A stretch of DNA of 62,925 nt, filler included, from Kipferlia bialata (taxonomy: Eukaryota), in assembly GCA_003568945.1 (NCBI GenBank). It is 5 parts of 5 records of this genome, joined end to end, with 100 filler letters (N's around TTAATTAATTAA, not from the genome) between each part and the next. Parts side by side here need not be neighbours in the genome. Positions count along the whole stretch, not along the records: positions 41,708 to 55,497 come from BDIP01000896.1; positions 55,598 to 62,925 come from BDIP01000923.1; 3 more parts are not named here. One strand, written 5' to 3'. Position numbers and translations under genes: made by a program. Shown here one piece after another: positions 42,046 through 56,007 of this stretch; positions within the stretch are counted from its first letter, which is position 1, and each line of letters begins with the position of its first letter. The notes beneath the pieces are model-generated. The model had not been told where the DNA came from. It saw only the letters and a list, made by a program, of their open reading frames with translations, and ran no database searches.

Positions 42046-43720
42046 TGCGTCGTAGCCATGCCCCCCAGGTTGTGTCCATGCCTGTCACATTCACACCCTC
42101 CCAGATAGCACACAAGATGTCCAATGTGTATCAGGTATGCGTTGTTGTGTATACCTGTAGTATCCCTCTCATATCTTATGCTATTACATATATATACCCA
42201 ACATCAAGCGACCCCCCCCCCCCACCTCTGTCTCTCTTTGCGGCCATCTATCCATTTCTCTCTCTCTGTATATATATGCACATTCTTAACCTCAGGCCCA
42301 CAGTCAGACTCGTAATCTCTCTCTCTTCTTTTCTCTCTGTTACTGTACTACATATCTCTATCATTAATTAATCGATGATAGTAATCTAGTTTAACATTAA
42401 TATATCAGGTCCCCCCCGACAGAGTGATGCTTGTCACCACTGGCACCCAGAGTCTCTTCACCACTGGCACAGTCGGAGACATAGCAGGTATGTATGTATA
42501 TACATGTATATTTTGCAATTTACCATACTATCTTACCTCCAAGGGTAGGGGCTCTCTCTCTGAGGGTGTATTGTATTCGTGTCATATCTTCATCCCCCTC
42601 ACCCTCAGTGGATGGCACCCTGTCTCTGAGGGTGTGTCTCAGGGCAGCCCAAAGCACTCTGTGGAAGGTATCTCTCTCTCTCTCTCCATATTTGTCCCCC
42701 CCCCGCCCTCTCTGCCCCCCCCCCCCTTCCTTCATTCTCTCTCTCATTCTCTCTCTTTACCCCTAGACCACTGTGATGGAGCTCCTCCGTGAGTCCTACC
42801 ACACCACAGACGATGTCAACCCCATACTCCCACCCCTGCCTGCTCCCTTCTCAGGTATAGATATATTGATGTATATATATATATAGTGTGTATTCATATC
42901 CACCTTCTCAGGTGTGTGACCTATGTGCTATGATCACATATATATGTATATTTGCGGTATATAGAGTGGTCACTGTTGTTTACCCCCAGACACTCCTCCC
43001 TTTTGGCTGAATGAGACATGACTGAGAATTATTTGTTTGTTTGTAGTATGTATATATTTACCTAATATATTAGATTCTCTTAACCCCCAGACACTGCCCC
43101 CTTTTGGCTGAACGAGGACATGACAGAGAAGGGGAAGGAGGGGGAGAAGGAGGGAGAGAGAGAGACACCAGGACAGGACGGGCCCAGAGCATACGGTATG
43201 ATATATATGTATGCTGTTCATAAATATATATACATATATATTCATCATATTCTCTCTCTCTAAGTGTGTCCCACTTACTCACTCCAGGTGCTGACATTGC
43301 CGTCGGCAATGCTGAGCTCTTCATGTTCTCTTTCATACATGTAATACTATGTATGATGTATATACATTATTATTATACTTTGTATTCACTCCAGGTGCAG
43401 ACATTGCCGAGCGTCTCATGTTTGGCCAGGTGCAGCCAGGGCAGAACCACAGGGACAGGAGGCAGGTATGTATATGGTATAGTGTGCGCACTCAGCGTAT
43501 GTACTCTCTCTCTCTCTCTCTCATCTCTATTACGGCCCCTCACCCCAGATGGTGCATGTACCTTCTCAGTATGTGTTGGATATGTGTATAATATGTGTAT
43601 GAGTGTATTTCTCTATTACATACTGTCTTACCCCCAGATGGTGCATGTCCCCTCCCAGGACAACAGGGCCAAGGCAATGGCAAAGGTCATGGCCAAGGTA
43701 TAGCACTATACTCCATATAC

Positions 43721-43757
<37 letters not shown>

Positions 43758-43864
43758 GACACTAGGGCAAAGGCAATGGCCAAGGTCATGGCTAAGGTAT
43801 CAATTCATGTATAGATAAATATATATGTGGAGATATATGTATAAAGAGAGAGAGAGCGGGGGGG

Positions 43865-43900
<36 letters not shown>

Positions 43901-45167
43901 ACCAGGGCAAAGGCAATGGCAAAGGTCATGGCTAAGGTAGTGTTATGCTGTGTATGTTGTACATGTATGTACTATATATGTGTATCATATACTTTGAATG
44001 TGCCGTTGTCCTAACCTCCAGGCCAGCAGTGCCGACAGGGATAGAGGCAGGCGCCACAGGCTGAAGAACATGACCAGGGAGGAACTACGGTGAGACTTCT
44101 AACGACTCCTAATAACTTCTACTGCCTTCTAGTACCCAGTGTTTAACTACTATAGTACATGACTCAGGAACAACTCAAACATGAGCGCGAATCTCTTCCA
44201 GACTCTTTTCAATGACCTCTGTTGACTGCATATACTTTGTAATTTTTGACTCCTTCTGACACCTCAGGGCCCCTGTATATATATTGTATATATATTGTAT
44301 ATAGACTCTAATATTCTACTGGACCCTATATATACTACACATGACCCCTCAGGGCCCATGTGAATGAGGATGTGCCCAGTACTCCTCTCTACTTCTTCTT
44401 GCCAGTCATTGAGTGACTCATCTATATATACCATTTCTTACATCAGGGGGGGGCCCATGTATATATAGTGTATATATATAATGACTATTTCTTACCTCAG
44501 GGCCCATGTATATACATTGTATATATGTACTAGTACTGACTTCTACTGACTTCTACTACTATATTGACTATTTCTGACCCCTCAGGGCCTCTGTATATAT
44601 CTTGTATATATATACTAGTACTGATACCTCAGGGCCTATGTATATAGTATATATTGTTATACTCCTTCTGACCCCTCAGGGCCTCTGTGAAGGATGACGT
44701 GCCCAGATACATCCGGCGCCTTAGAGAGAGAGAGGCACGGGGGATCAGGTAGAGGTTATCTATTACATGTATCTATTACTATATATAGATAATATATACC
44801 ATATCTATACGAGACAGGGGGGATCAGGTTGATTATTGTTGTACTAACTCTCAGCTTCCGCCTGTCCCATGAGCAGAGGCAGCCCCCAATTATTGATATC
44901 TTATATATAACTCTACGTGTATACAATAATTACATTGTAATTATACTCTTATATACAGCTTCCGCCTGACCCGTGAGCAGAGGCAGCCCCCCAATTTTCG
45001 ATATCTTATGTATTACTCTATATATATGTACACAACATTGCAATAATGCTCTTATTTACAGCTTCCGGCTGACCCGTGAGCAGAGGCAGCCTGCCCACCC
45101 AGGGCAGAGGCCACAGACCAGACACTCACTGGAGGTGGTGCAGACTAGGCCAGGGAATATGGTGCAG
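42046..45167 (+). CDS. Hypothetical protein with possible ubiquitin-like segment, multi-exon, partial
   Basis: VVSMPVTFTPSQIAHKMSNVYQ|VPPDRVMLVTTGTQSLFTTGTVGDIA|VDGTLSLRVCLR followed by charged exons (RHRLKNMTREELR, DVPRYIRRLREREARG); no start or stop found. Confidence 0.55.
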
Positions 45168-45200
45168 GTACTTATGTATATATATACATATATACCCATA

Positions 45201-46744
<1,544 letters not shown>

Positions 46745-47080
46745 GTGTAACAGCATCGCTTAGAATGATACGCTAGGTCGGCAGCGCCCCAATAACACGT
46801 AAGTGTCGCCTGGCGAGGCCTAGCGCCCTATATATGCGAATGGAGAGGCAAGCAATCTCACACTGAACCGTACTGGCCAAACCGTCTCTATTCCAATATG
46901 ATTGATCGACTTTGGGGGCCACTTTGTTTCTAATCAATCTTTTGCTTTAGGCCTTGTAAAATCAGTTATTCTGAGTCAATTGTACGATGATACCCTCACT
47001 GGCTGCAGCAAAAGATTCCCTCATGGTAACGTGAGTGCCTGAGGGTGGGGTGCTCCTTCAGTAAGGGTGAAGAGGAGAGG

Positions 47081-47111
<31 letters not shown>

Positions 47112-49585
47112 TTAAGACTATCCAGCGTATGACGGGCCGCAATACTAGGAGCCCCTATCCAGCAGGGGATAGAAGACGAGATCATGCATGTTTCTCTGTC
47201 TTTGCCTATGGAATCATGGTCGTGACACTCATATTTGGTGAGTGCTCCCACTGTTTACAACACCTATTATGCTTAGTAGTACTACTAGGTGACCTATTAG
47301 TACCCAATAGTGCTACAAAAAGAAGGTCTATTGGCCCTGAGCTACCTAAAGGAGGTACACATTATTTGGAACCTGTCCTCACCCACAGTTAACTCTGTGA
47401 GCCACTATGTGTCCAATGCCACAGTGTTGGTGGCAGAGTTGCTCTGGCTTCTTCAGCTGGTTATAGTGCCAGTACTCCCATTCCAAACCCTGTCTCGTGT
47501 GTTGAGTCCTGACCTGCAGCAATCAGATGAGGTATTCTAAACAACCCTTGTACCATAACTGCCTAGCATTCTTCTACAACAGCTCATAACTACTTCGTTA
47601 TGATAAATACTGCCCTTGATACAACTAGATCTTTGACAACAGCCCTACAATACCTTGGTGGCTGCTGTATGCCGGTACCTTCCCCATCGAGACTATATCA
47701 TCCGAACCATGGACACTGTCAACGAGTCTAGTCCCGAGTACCAACACATACAAGAGTCTCTTCGGCAACTCCACAAGTTGACAAGACACCTGGATAATAC
47801 AAATGCAGAGGTCTTGTCACCCATGGAAGTGATTCGGCACTTGGACGAGATCTCTTTAACGGTCATTCTAAGGGATACATCAAATAGGTACATTAACTAA
47901 GAATATGTCTACTGCAACGCTTAGTGACCACAGGATAGTTGGTACATCAACTGAGAGTTCACATACTACATGATGTAGTATTACATTGTCACTCAATGAC
48001 CACAGGAGAGTTGGTGTCTCGTCCTGTCCTCACTCTGCTATATGTAATATGAGTCTCTTGAGTGGCGTCTCGCTGCATCTCCAGTTGCAGTTGGCGTTGA
48101 ATGTCAAGTGCACAAGAACGTGGCTCTCTCCACACATACTCAACAGGTTTGGTTGAAATTTCTATAGTATAGGAATCCTATATTATTACAAGTAGGTGTA
48201 TACTGAAACACAATATTCTAGTCATCAATATTACTTTGAATTCAATATCTTACGGCGGTGTTGTTATTGAGTCAGATACCTTCCCATAACAGAGTATCGA
48301 GACATATGAGAGAGACTTGCGGACATCTTGTCCCTCAACCCCATGACTCTTCCACACGCAGTGCATGTCATACGGTAGTAGCCTCCACACAGGTATTCAC
48401 TGTGAGAACTTACGTATTTCTTCTATGTATGGTTATAGTTCTACCTTTGGTGACACAGTACCAGTTATCATACTTCAATTCGGCATGAGTATTACTACTC
48501 ACCGAGACCTTAGAATACATATGTACTCTGTCTCCTTGTCTAACACCAAAGGCGGATGACCTTATCTCAATCCTGAAGTCGCTATGCTCTGACTTTGCTC
48601 TGTCTACTCAGACAGTCAGATACCTTAGAAACCTGGTCAGCAGCATTGCATCAGAACGGCTCTATCAGGTGTATACACCCGTAGTTTTGTCTTACATAAT
48701 TGCTGTATTTGCATCTAATCCTCCAGCCACATATGATCGTTACAGAATGTCTCAACATCAAGCGACGGAGAGCACTTTCCTCACAACAATGCAACAGTCA
48801 CTATATCGGCTTCAAGTGAGTGGCAACTGGTACTATCTCGAATCAAGATTCTCGATAGTAGGCTTCTACTTCTAGCAACAACTGGGGTACTCGGAATGTA
48901 TGACAGAATCTCTATACTCAACTTTAGGAATGGACACGTAAACTGGGATTCGGTGTCGTCTTCTGCGATAGAGTTCTCAGCCCCATCTGAGGCCCAAAAG
49001 TGAGTCCAGTTACATTCATACAGTATGATACAGTGTAGGCTATGATCGTTACATATTACGATAGACTTCCTATAGTTGGTGGCCGAAGAGTATGTGTTTG
49101 CCAGGTAGAATGAGAGATTTGTATGTGACGATGGTGCACAAGAAGAGCTAATATACAGGGACTGGTTCAGGCGATTACGGATTCTACAAGAGACAGAGCG
49201 GCAACAAGAGTTCGACTCTCGCTCTGAATTCCAGGTAAAATGATTGTTATTATCGGAACTGCCACCTGTTTTAGCATTCAGTGATCATATCTCTCTCACT
49301 CATAGTATTCCCCCACAGCGTCTCCAACGTCTCCAACCGTACCGAAGACACCAGCTGTAGGCCATGATCGCCGTCTGTCTATTATGGGTTGTGAGGTGGG
49401 TTCCACTCCATTGCCATAGTGTAGCACTAATGTGTCGATTCTAATGCTTTAGTCTGTAAACAGAGGCTCTATCTCAACTGTGCACGCCTATACTGCTCTT
49501 AAGTTTCTTACGCAAAGAACACCCATCTTGACCAGTTCGAGACACCCTATTCAACCAGAGGCTCCTGGTTCATGTGTACTGATGG

Positions 49586-49618
49586 AAATGTAAGTCAGAG
49601 AGACTCTGACTTACATTT
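49586..49618. repeat. 15-bp-arm hairpin spanning a splice donor
   Basis: AAATGTAAGTCAGAG-AGA-CTCTGACTTACATTT. Confidence 0.9.
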
Positions 49619-51093
49619 AGACTCAGAGTATCATTTTGGTTCTTCTTAACTTGTCTCTAGTAGAGACTCTCGACTGAGCAGATGTACCGCAAGTTAGACA
49701 ATCTTAGACCAGGTTGCAATCTCCAAGGATTGGCTGAGAATGATATACCGGACACGAAACCTGGTCCTATATGACTGTAAGTAAGAGTATTCTCAGTATC
49801 TGCAGTATATGTGCTAGAATAGTACTAGTGGTTCTAGGCCTAGTGGACCATTATGTACCACAAAACACTGATTCCCTGACACAGTTGTCTATGACCCTTT
49901 GGCCGAGATATACAGACGCATACACCCACAGGACAGGGGGTTTGTAGATGGTGCTCTTGCATCTGCACTATCAGAGGAGAGAAGGTGAGACCACTAGTAA
50001 CACTCAAAACATAACCTTCAACAATGTGTATAGCCTCCCAGTATGGACGCCTGTACTTAGTGTTGATATTGATGTGTCTCTAACCATCAGCTACCAAATC
50101 ACGTTCCGCTACTTTCAGATTGGCAACCCTCTGACACGAGAGATGTTTGAGACTTGTCCATTCTCCGGAAGTGGTACAGACAATGGCGAGGCTCCTTTGG
50201 GAGACCCGCACTCGATACACTCCCGCCTTCGGATGATGCACAGAGTGCATGTGCCATCGGCGCCCCCTTTAGTGGGTATTATGAGGGCGGTAGGATCGGT
50301 GGTGGGAAGGGATAAGGATGGGAGACCCACAATGCTGGCAGGTACTATCATGGACAATGGCATAGTACTGTACGGGACTATGAACGTGACATACTCTATT
50401 AGTCTTGAGTCAGTTGTGTATGTTGACATAGTAGAGATTACACGTGTGAAATATACTCACGCCAGGGCGACGATCTTCTAGTATTCTTATAGATCTAACA
50501 TTTAGGGGTCAATGAGATTCTCGGTCTATGTGACCCTTCCCAGGTGGAGTCCATGCCTGGACGGTACATAGACAGGTGCGGGAGTTTCTCGGTCCTTAGT
50601 GAGATAGAAACACTATACTGAAACTTAGACAAGCCTTTCAGTCTGAAAGGCTTATCATTCATCTCAGGGACGCCAGCAGCCACACTTCCGATCAGCCACA
50701 TGACCACTATTCTTCATTGTCACATACCACACCCCTTGAGAGGCAGGCGCCGGTGCCAGGTGGACAAGATGTCTCCGAAGGTAAATATATCATCTATAAC
50801 CAGTATGTCACTGAAACTTGTTGGTCTAAAGTACTCTCTTCCATAATCTCAGAGAGCGACCAAGTCTTTGTCCAAGACAGTCACAAGCCCGGTGCAAATT
50901 CGCTTACAGATGTCCAGAGACCACAAACAATCCATAGGTATACTCAATAGTATGTGATGTTTTACCTTCTACCGCTGCTCAGCTTGGAACACCAGTAATA
51001 ATAGGATGTCTTGTTACACTCATCCTTCAGACTGCCCGCTGACCTAGTGAGGGTGACACCTCTACCAGACTCCATCGGACACCTCTCGGTGAG

Positions 51094-51128
51094 TACTAAC
51101 TTAGTACTAACTTAGTACTAACTTAGTA
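51094..51128. repeat. (TACTAACTTAG)x3 tandem repeat
   Basis: Three 11-bp units; GTACTAA-C-TTAGTAC is self-complementary and recurs near 53465. Confidence 0.85.
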
Positions 51129-54069
51129 ACTAAGAGTATACCTAGATTATACCTAGATTTGTAGTGTATTTGCATTACTGCTCACCACTGCAGCAAGCTA
51201 ATCAGTGGATATCGCACTATAGAGACCTGAAAGACCACTGCCTTGTAAGAGCAACTCTTGATAGGGCCCTTCGTGGCCTGTCCTTCGACGCATTCGCCTT
51301 CAACAAGGGAGTTGGAGGTTTTGGGTTTGGATGGCTCTTTACCAACATATATGAGACATGCGGATTCGAGACCTCTACAGGAGTCCCGCTTTTGGTAAGT
51401 ATGGTATCTGGGTAAGATTCTGGCACTCATGCATTTTCATACTACTATATTCATCTCACAGGGACTGTATTGACCTCAGAGTATTATTTGTTTCCTCCAG
51501 AGTGTTTGGGCTCTGACACCTCACCACCCATTTACCAATGAGATTCATACTCTGGACTCGCTGCAGGTTAGTTTCTTGTTCAAAGCTCTGAAATTCAGTA
51601 TCTGACACGTGCAAGAATACAGTACACACTATGAATCATAGAGATTTGGAGGTGGTAATTATAATACTAGTACATAGAATCATTATGATACCTTTCCTCA
51701 CTCAGATGGCGTTTGCCCTAACCTCACCAACGGAGGGAACTACTGTCAGTATTCTCCCAGACTTGACTCGTCTGTTGCTCTATGTTGCAGTAGTGTGTCG
51801 TAACCTCGACCGGCCCTTGGCATCAGAGGCCTATATGACTGAGTCTAGAAATGCAGTGTTATCAGTACATGGCTCAGTTGCACCGTATGAGAAGCAGGTG
51901 GGTACAACGTTACACAATACAATACTAATTCTGTAGAGTAATCATATGTAGTATTGAAATACTTTGATTTCTTAGCAAGGCGACCTCCCTCGCTCTCCAT
52001 TTACTCTCGATCCACGGCATATTGGAGCACCTACCGCCTGATTCCGGGACCTTCATTAGGGACGTGATTCAAGCTACCAACGCCAATGCGATCCCTAGTC
52101 TTGCCTTTTGCGCCCGAAGACTCAAGTCTATCGCTGGTCGCGATCCGTCACTGAGGTATCCTTCAAGCTGATTACCTATTGGTAACTCAATCTATTCAAG
52201 TCTATATAGTAATTCACACCGCAGTAGCTGTGCTCAAGGAGATGGAATACTCCCTTTAGGTCTCTTTGACAGTGGTACACTTTCCTATGTGTCTCAAGTG
52301 CTGCTAGCCAAGTGTGTCGCCTCTCTCTCTGCGAGGACCAATGCAGCTAGGCCGTGGAAGGTAGATATCGTCTACCCAACTAGGAAGAGAAGTGGTATCA
52401 GTACCGTCGTCTCTTGCTGTGACTTAACATTTGGTGCTGTATTTTTCTGGTCTCGTAGACGGTTCATGGTATGATAGAGTTGTTGTTTACTCTAGGTGGC
52501 ACACAGGTTCGGTCTGCTTAACATGAGACAGGGCTTTGGCAGTGGCATTCTAGAGGCAGAGGCAGGTAAGGTTGATATCAGTGATCTCAGATCACCGCTA
52601 ATACCTATCATCACAAGACTACGTCTGTGAGGAATCGCTCCTCAAGAGAGTCAAGAATTTTCAGAATTTACCTCTTAGACAAAGCTGTGACCAAACTCTA
52701 TATCTATCCTGATACAGTTCTGGTAGAAACAGGTACTGATACTAGGTCTCTATGTACCGCGGCGACGCAACATGCTGAGAGGAGACCCAGTCCTCTCTGC
52801 ACATGAGTGTCAGAGCATGTTTCTGAGGAAGACACTCCTTCCTTTTTTAGGTCAGTAAAACAAACTCAGTATTCCTCTTTTCACTAGAACACTGTACGAT
52901 TGCATACTCTCTACCATTAAAGAATGCATATTGAATTCACAATGTACTTGATACCAGAGGCAGTCTCTCACATGCGTATAGCAGCAGAGGACAAGTGCGC
53001 CAGTTCTGCTCTCCTCCACGTAGACCCTCTCATTCGGCAGGTGAAAAGGATCATACACTATACACGTTATGCACGCATAGCAGACTGCTACTAGCAGTCA
53101 ATATCATCGTGTTTAGTCTTTCTCCACCGGTATGATTTACTGTTAATCATTACCCGCATGGTCTTTTCAGAGCTGTTCAACAACATCAGGCCACCTACAA
53201 TCAGGCCATGTGGGAGCTACGACCAATTGCCACTCAGTGTGACAAAGAACGACAAAGACCACCATCTAAACAGCACAAGTGGATAGAGGAGGGTCACATC
53301 GACCACTAGACTCCTTGAGCTCTGATGTTGATATGCATAAAGGACAATCATTTACTGAATAGAACCATCCAGAATATGTTAGTGATACTATACTATAGTA
53401 TATCATCAGGCTACTTGCTGTGGAAGATAGAAATGTGCTGTTATCGATATAATATACACAGGTTGTACTAACTTAGTACTACTCCTATAATGGTAGCTGA
53501 CAGCTACTAGCTGTTCTGGGGCGGACAATAGAGTGTAGCAAAAGACACGTCTCACTGAGCTGAGCTCTATGACATCTATTCACCGACTGCGTTGTCCTCT
53601 CAGAACGCCCTCGTACCATCTGCGTCTCCCCCCTCCTCGCCACCAGCTGCCACTGCTGCAGCAACGACGGGAAATATCTGGCCCACAAGGTAGTCTCTGG
53701 GAGACTTTCTCTCACCATGTCTCTCTCCCTCTCCCCTAGGGCAATACCTACACGCACTGCACATATGTCACCGAGAGCACTGAAGAGGGCGATTACCTCA
53801 ACACCCACAGCGTCTTTCTCAGCTAGGGTCAGGAGTAGCTTTTCCTGGTGCCGAACCGTAGTCCTTACACGTAGCTGGACACCACCTTAGGCGCCAGTGT
53901 CCAATAAGCATATTAATGCTTGGAACACTACAGTGGAGTAAGGTACCAATATGGGAGATACTGATGATTCCAACAGCAGATACCCTCAAAACACTGTGAG
54001 GGTTTCACTCTACAACCAAGGTTCACAGCCACCACTCTCACCTTTCCCTCCCACTTACCCCTACGCGTG

Positions 54070-55140
54070 ATGCAGCCTATGCCATGGTTCACTAGATGTG
54101 CCCAATACCCAAGTGTGATGCCAGAGGGGTACGGCTTCTCTGCCGTATCCATTGGTGTGAATGAGGTCATGCTGACATATGAGACATTTCAACGTGAAAT
54201 TCACGTAACAGATCCATTTAGACTCACCAGACGACATGACTGGGGGCTAATATCCGTCGCTAATGATGGAACACCGACCATGGCATCTATATTAGGCCCA
54301 GAGATTGAGCCAGATGTAAGGGTAGAGCTCTTCAGAGTGGGTGGGACTGTAGTGGCATACGCTACACAAATCTTGAGCGATTCCCCCGCCGTTCCTCCAT
54401 GGTTCATGTCTGTCTACACCATTGACACTGGGGATTGGGTAGATATTCCTTTCACAGTGGGACACACACCACCACCTCGCACACAGGCGGTCATATTTGC
54501 CATGGATGATAGACTTGTTGTCACTGGAGGGTTCTTACATTGTAGTGTGACATTTGGTAGCAAGGATGTGGCTGAGGATGGGGTGTGGGAGTGGTCACTG
54601 GATACGGGAGAGTGGACACAATACACCTCAAGAGAACCTGTGCTTTCATTTTCACGCACGGCCTACTGGGTAGACACCAATCACACCCCCTACTGCGTGC
54701 AAGGCTCAGTAATCTACCAATACACTGCTGAAAAGGACTACTATCCGGTAATGGAAGTATGGGAGCACATGTTAAAGTTACATCATAGCCCGACAGCCAT
54801 CATTCCCCTTGGGAGACACCACCTACAGGTATTTAAACACCAGTCTCAAGTGGCCGGGAACCCGTTTGATATGTGGCTCCGTGATAGGGTCTCCCTTGAT
54901 GTGATACCCCTAGTGACCCTTCCAATCACACTTGAGAACCCGCGGAACGAATTGGGTATGTTTGTACTCATCAACCCAACGAGACTGCTGTATGTGTCTT
55001 CTAGTCGAACCCTGGTGATCGACATTGATCCTGACCTATTCAGCCCTGAGTACCACACTTGCATGGCTATCGGGGAGGAGGTGAAAGCGTGTAGGCCTAT
55101 TGATGTTGAAGCATTGATCGCTCAGATGCGTCGTAGATAG
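54070..55140 (+). CDS. Kelch-type beta-propeller protein, intronless (~356 aa)
   Basis: Single ORF from ATG 54070; LFRVGGTVVAY..FMSVYTIDTGDW..PPPRTQAVIFAMDDRLVVTGG..VWEWSLDTGEWTQ. Confidence 0.85.
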   Translation: MQPMPWFTRCAQYPSVMPEGYGFSAVSIGVNEVMLTYETFQREIHVTDPFRLTRRHDWGLISVANDGTPTMASILGPEIEPDVRVELFRVGGTVVAYATQILSDSPAVPPWFMSVYTIDTGDWVDIPFTVGHTPPPRTQAVIFAMDDRLVVTGGFLHCSVTFGSKDVAEDGVWEWSLDTGEWTQYTSREPVLSFSRTAYWVDTNHTPYCVQGSVIYQYTAEKDYYPVMEVWEHMLKLHHSPTAIIPLGRHHLQVFKHQSQVAGNPFDMWLRDRVSLDVIPLVTLPITLENPRNELGMFVLINPTRLLYVSSSRTLVIDIDPDLFSPEYHTCMAIGEEVKACRPIDVEALIAQMRRR

Positions 55141-55369
55141 ACATCATTCTAGACGCTCAAGACAGCTACTGCTCTGCAATGTATAGAGTAACTGGCGTGT
55201 AGTGACCGATAATGAGAGACATAGATCAATAAATTGTCAAATATGTCCTGTTTCTCCATTTAGAGACATACATACAGCATCCTACCTATCCCTGTCAGGT
55301 AACTGTCAGCTGAACTTGGAACGTAGTACACATATCTCACTGACTTGAGCTCTACAACCTCTATTCACC

Positions 55370-55430
55370 GGAAGAGTTATGTACCCCTGGTATTTGTCGG
55401 TCTACACCATTGACACTGGTCTCATTGTAG
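55370..55430 (+). pseudogene. Kelch gene fragment
   Basis: Encodes YPWYLSVYTIDTG; GTCTACACCATTGACACTGG is identical to 54412-54431 of the upstream Kelch gene. Confidence 0.5.
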
Positions 55431-55497
55431 ACCGGTTTTCTGTCGCTAATTTCAGAGACCGGATCCCGGACCGGTCCAAAATTCCGGTCCCCGGAGT

Positions 55498-55597
55498 NNN
55501 NNNNNNNNNNNNNNNNNNNNNNNNNNNNNNNNNNNNNNNNNTTAATTAATTAANNNNNNNNNNNNNNNNNNNNNNNNNNNNNNNNNNNNNNNNNNNN
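55498..55597. other. Artificial scaffold spacer
   Basis: N44-TTAATTAATTAA-N44. Confidence 0.98.
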
Positions 55598-55648
<51 letters not shown>

Positions 55649-56007
55649 CGTCCATTACCCTATATGTTATCATGTGTATATGTAGTATACAGTCCCCACC
55701 TGAATATGGGCAGGGGTGGCTGTATCTGTCTGGTGGGTGATACCCCATCCCTCCCTGACCCCTGGCCACAGCAGGACAGAGCCCCTCCCATTCACACACA
55801 GGGTTACTGAGATACACCCAGGTAATACTCTTCCAACTAGAAGCGGCAGACCTTCTTATTCTCCACTATCAGGTCAATATACACTCAACTGAAGAGTCAG
55901 TGACTGATTCAGTGCAGCAAAAGGGTTCTGTTTGTGGGACATCTTGAGCGTATCAAATGCTGCTTCTCTTCTTATCATTCATTGCTCCTGAGAATGCTTC
56001 CCCCTAG

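Larger units (their letters stand above)
47120..53100 (+). pseudogene. Decayed multi-exon gene with short introns
   Basis: Regular AG..GT-bounded exon-like blocks with protein-like text, but phase conflicts and in-frame TGA codons (49529, 50132, 50234) in the phase-consistent frame. Confidence 0.45.

Noticed and set aside
49460..50345. Alternative genetic code (stop reassignment as in hexamitid diplomonads)
   Set aside because: Intact genes here end in TAG, TGA and TAA and have no internal stops; pseudogenisation is simpler.
53485..53900. 107-aa minus-strand ORF
   Set aside because: No clear ATG, upstream stops and no recognisable domain; at most a gene fragment.
55598..55648. Poly-G run as a G-quadruplex or telomeric element
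   Set aside because: Homopolymer at a scaffold edge; length is unreliable and typical of assembly breakpoints here.
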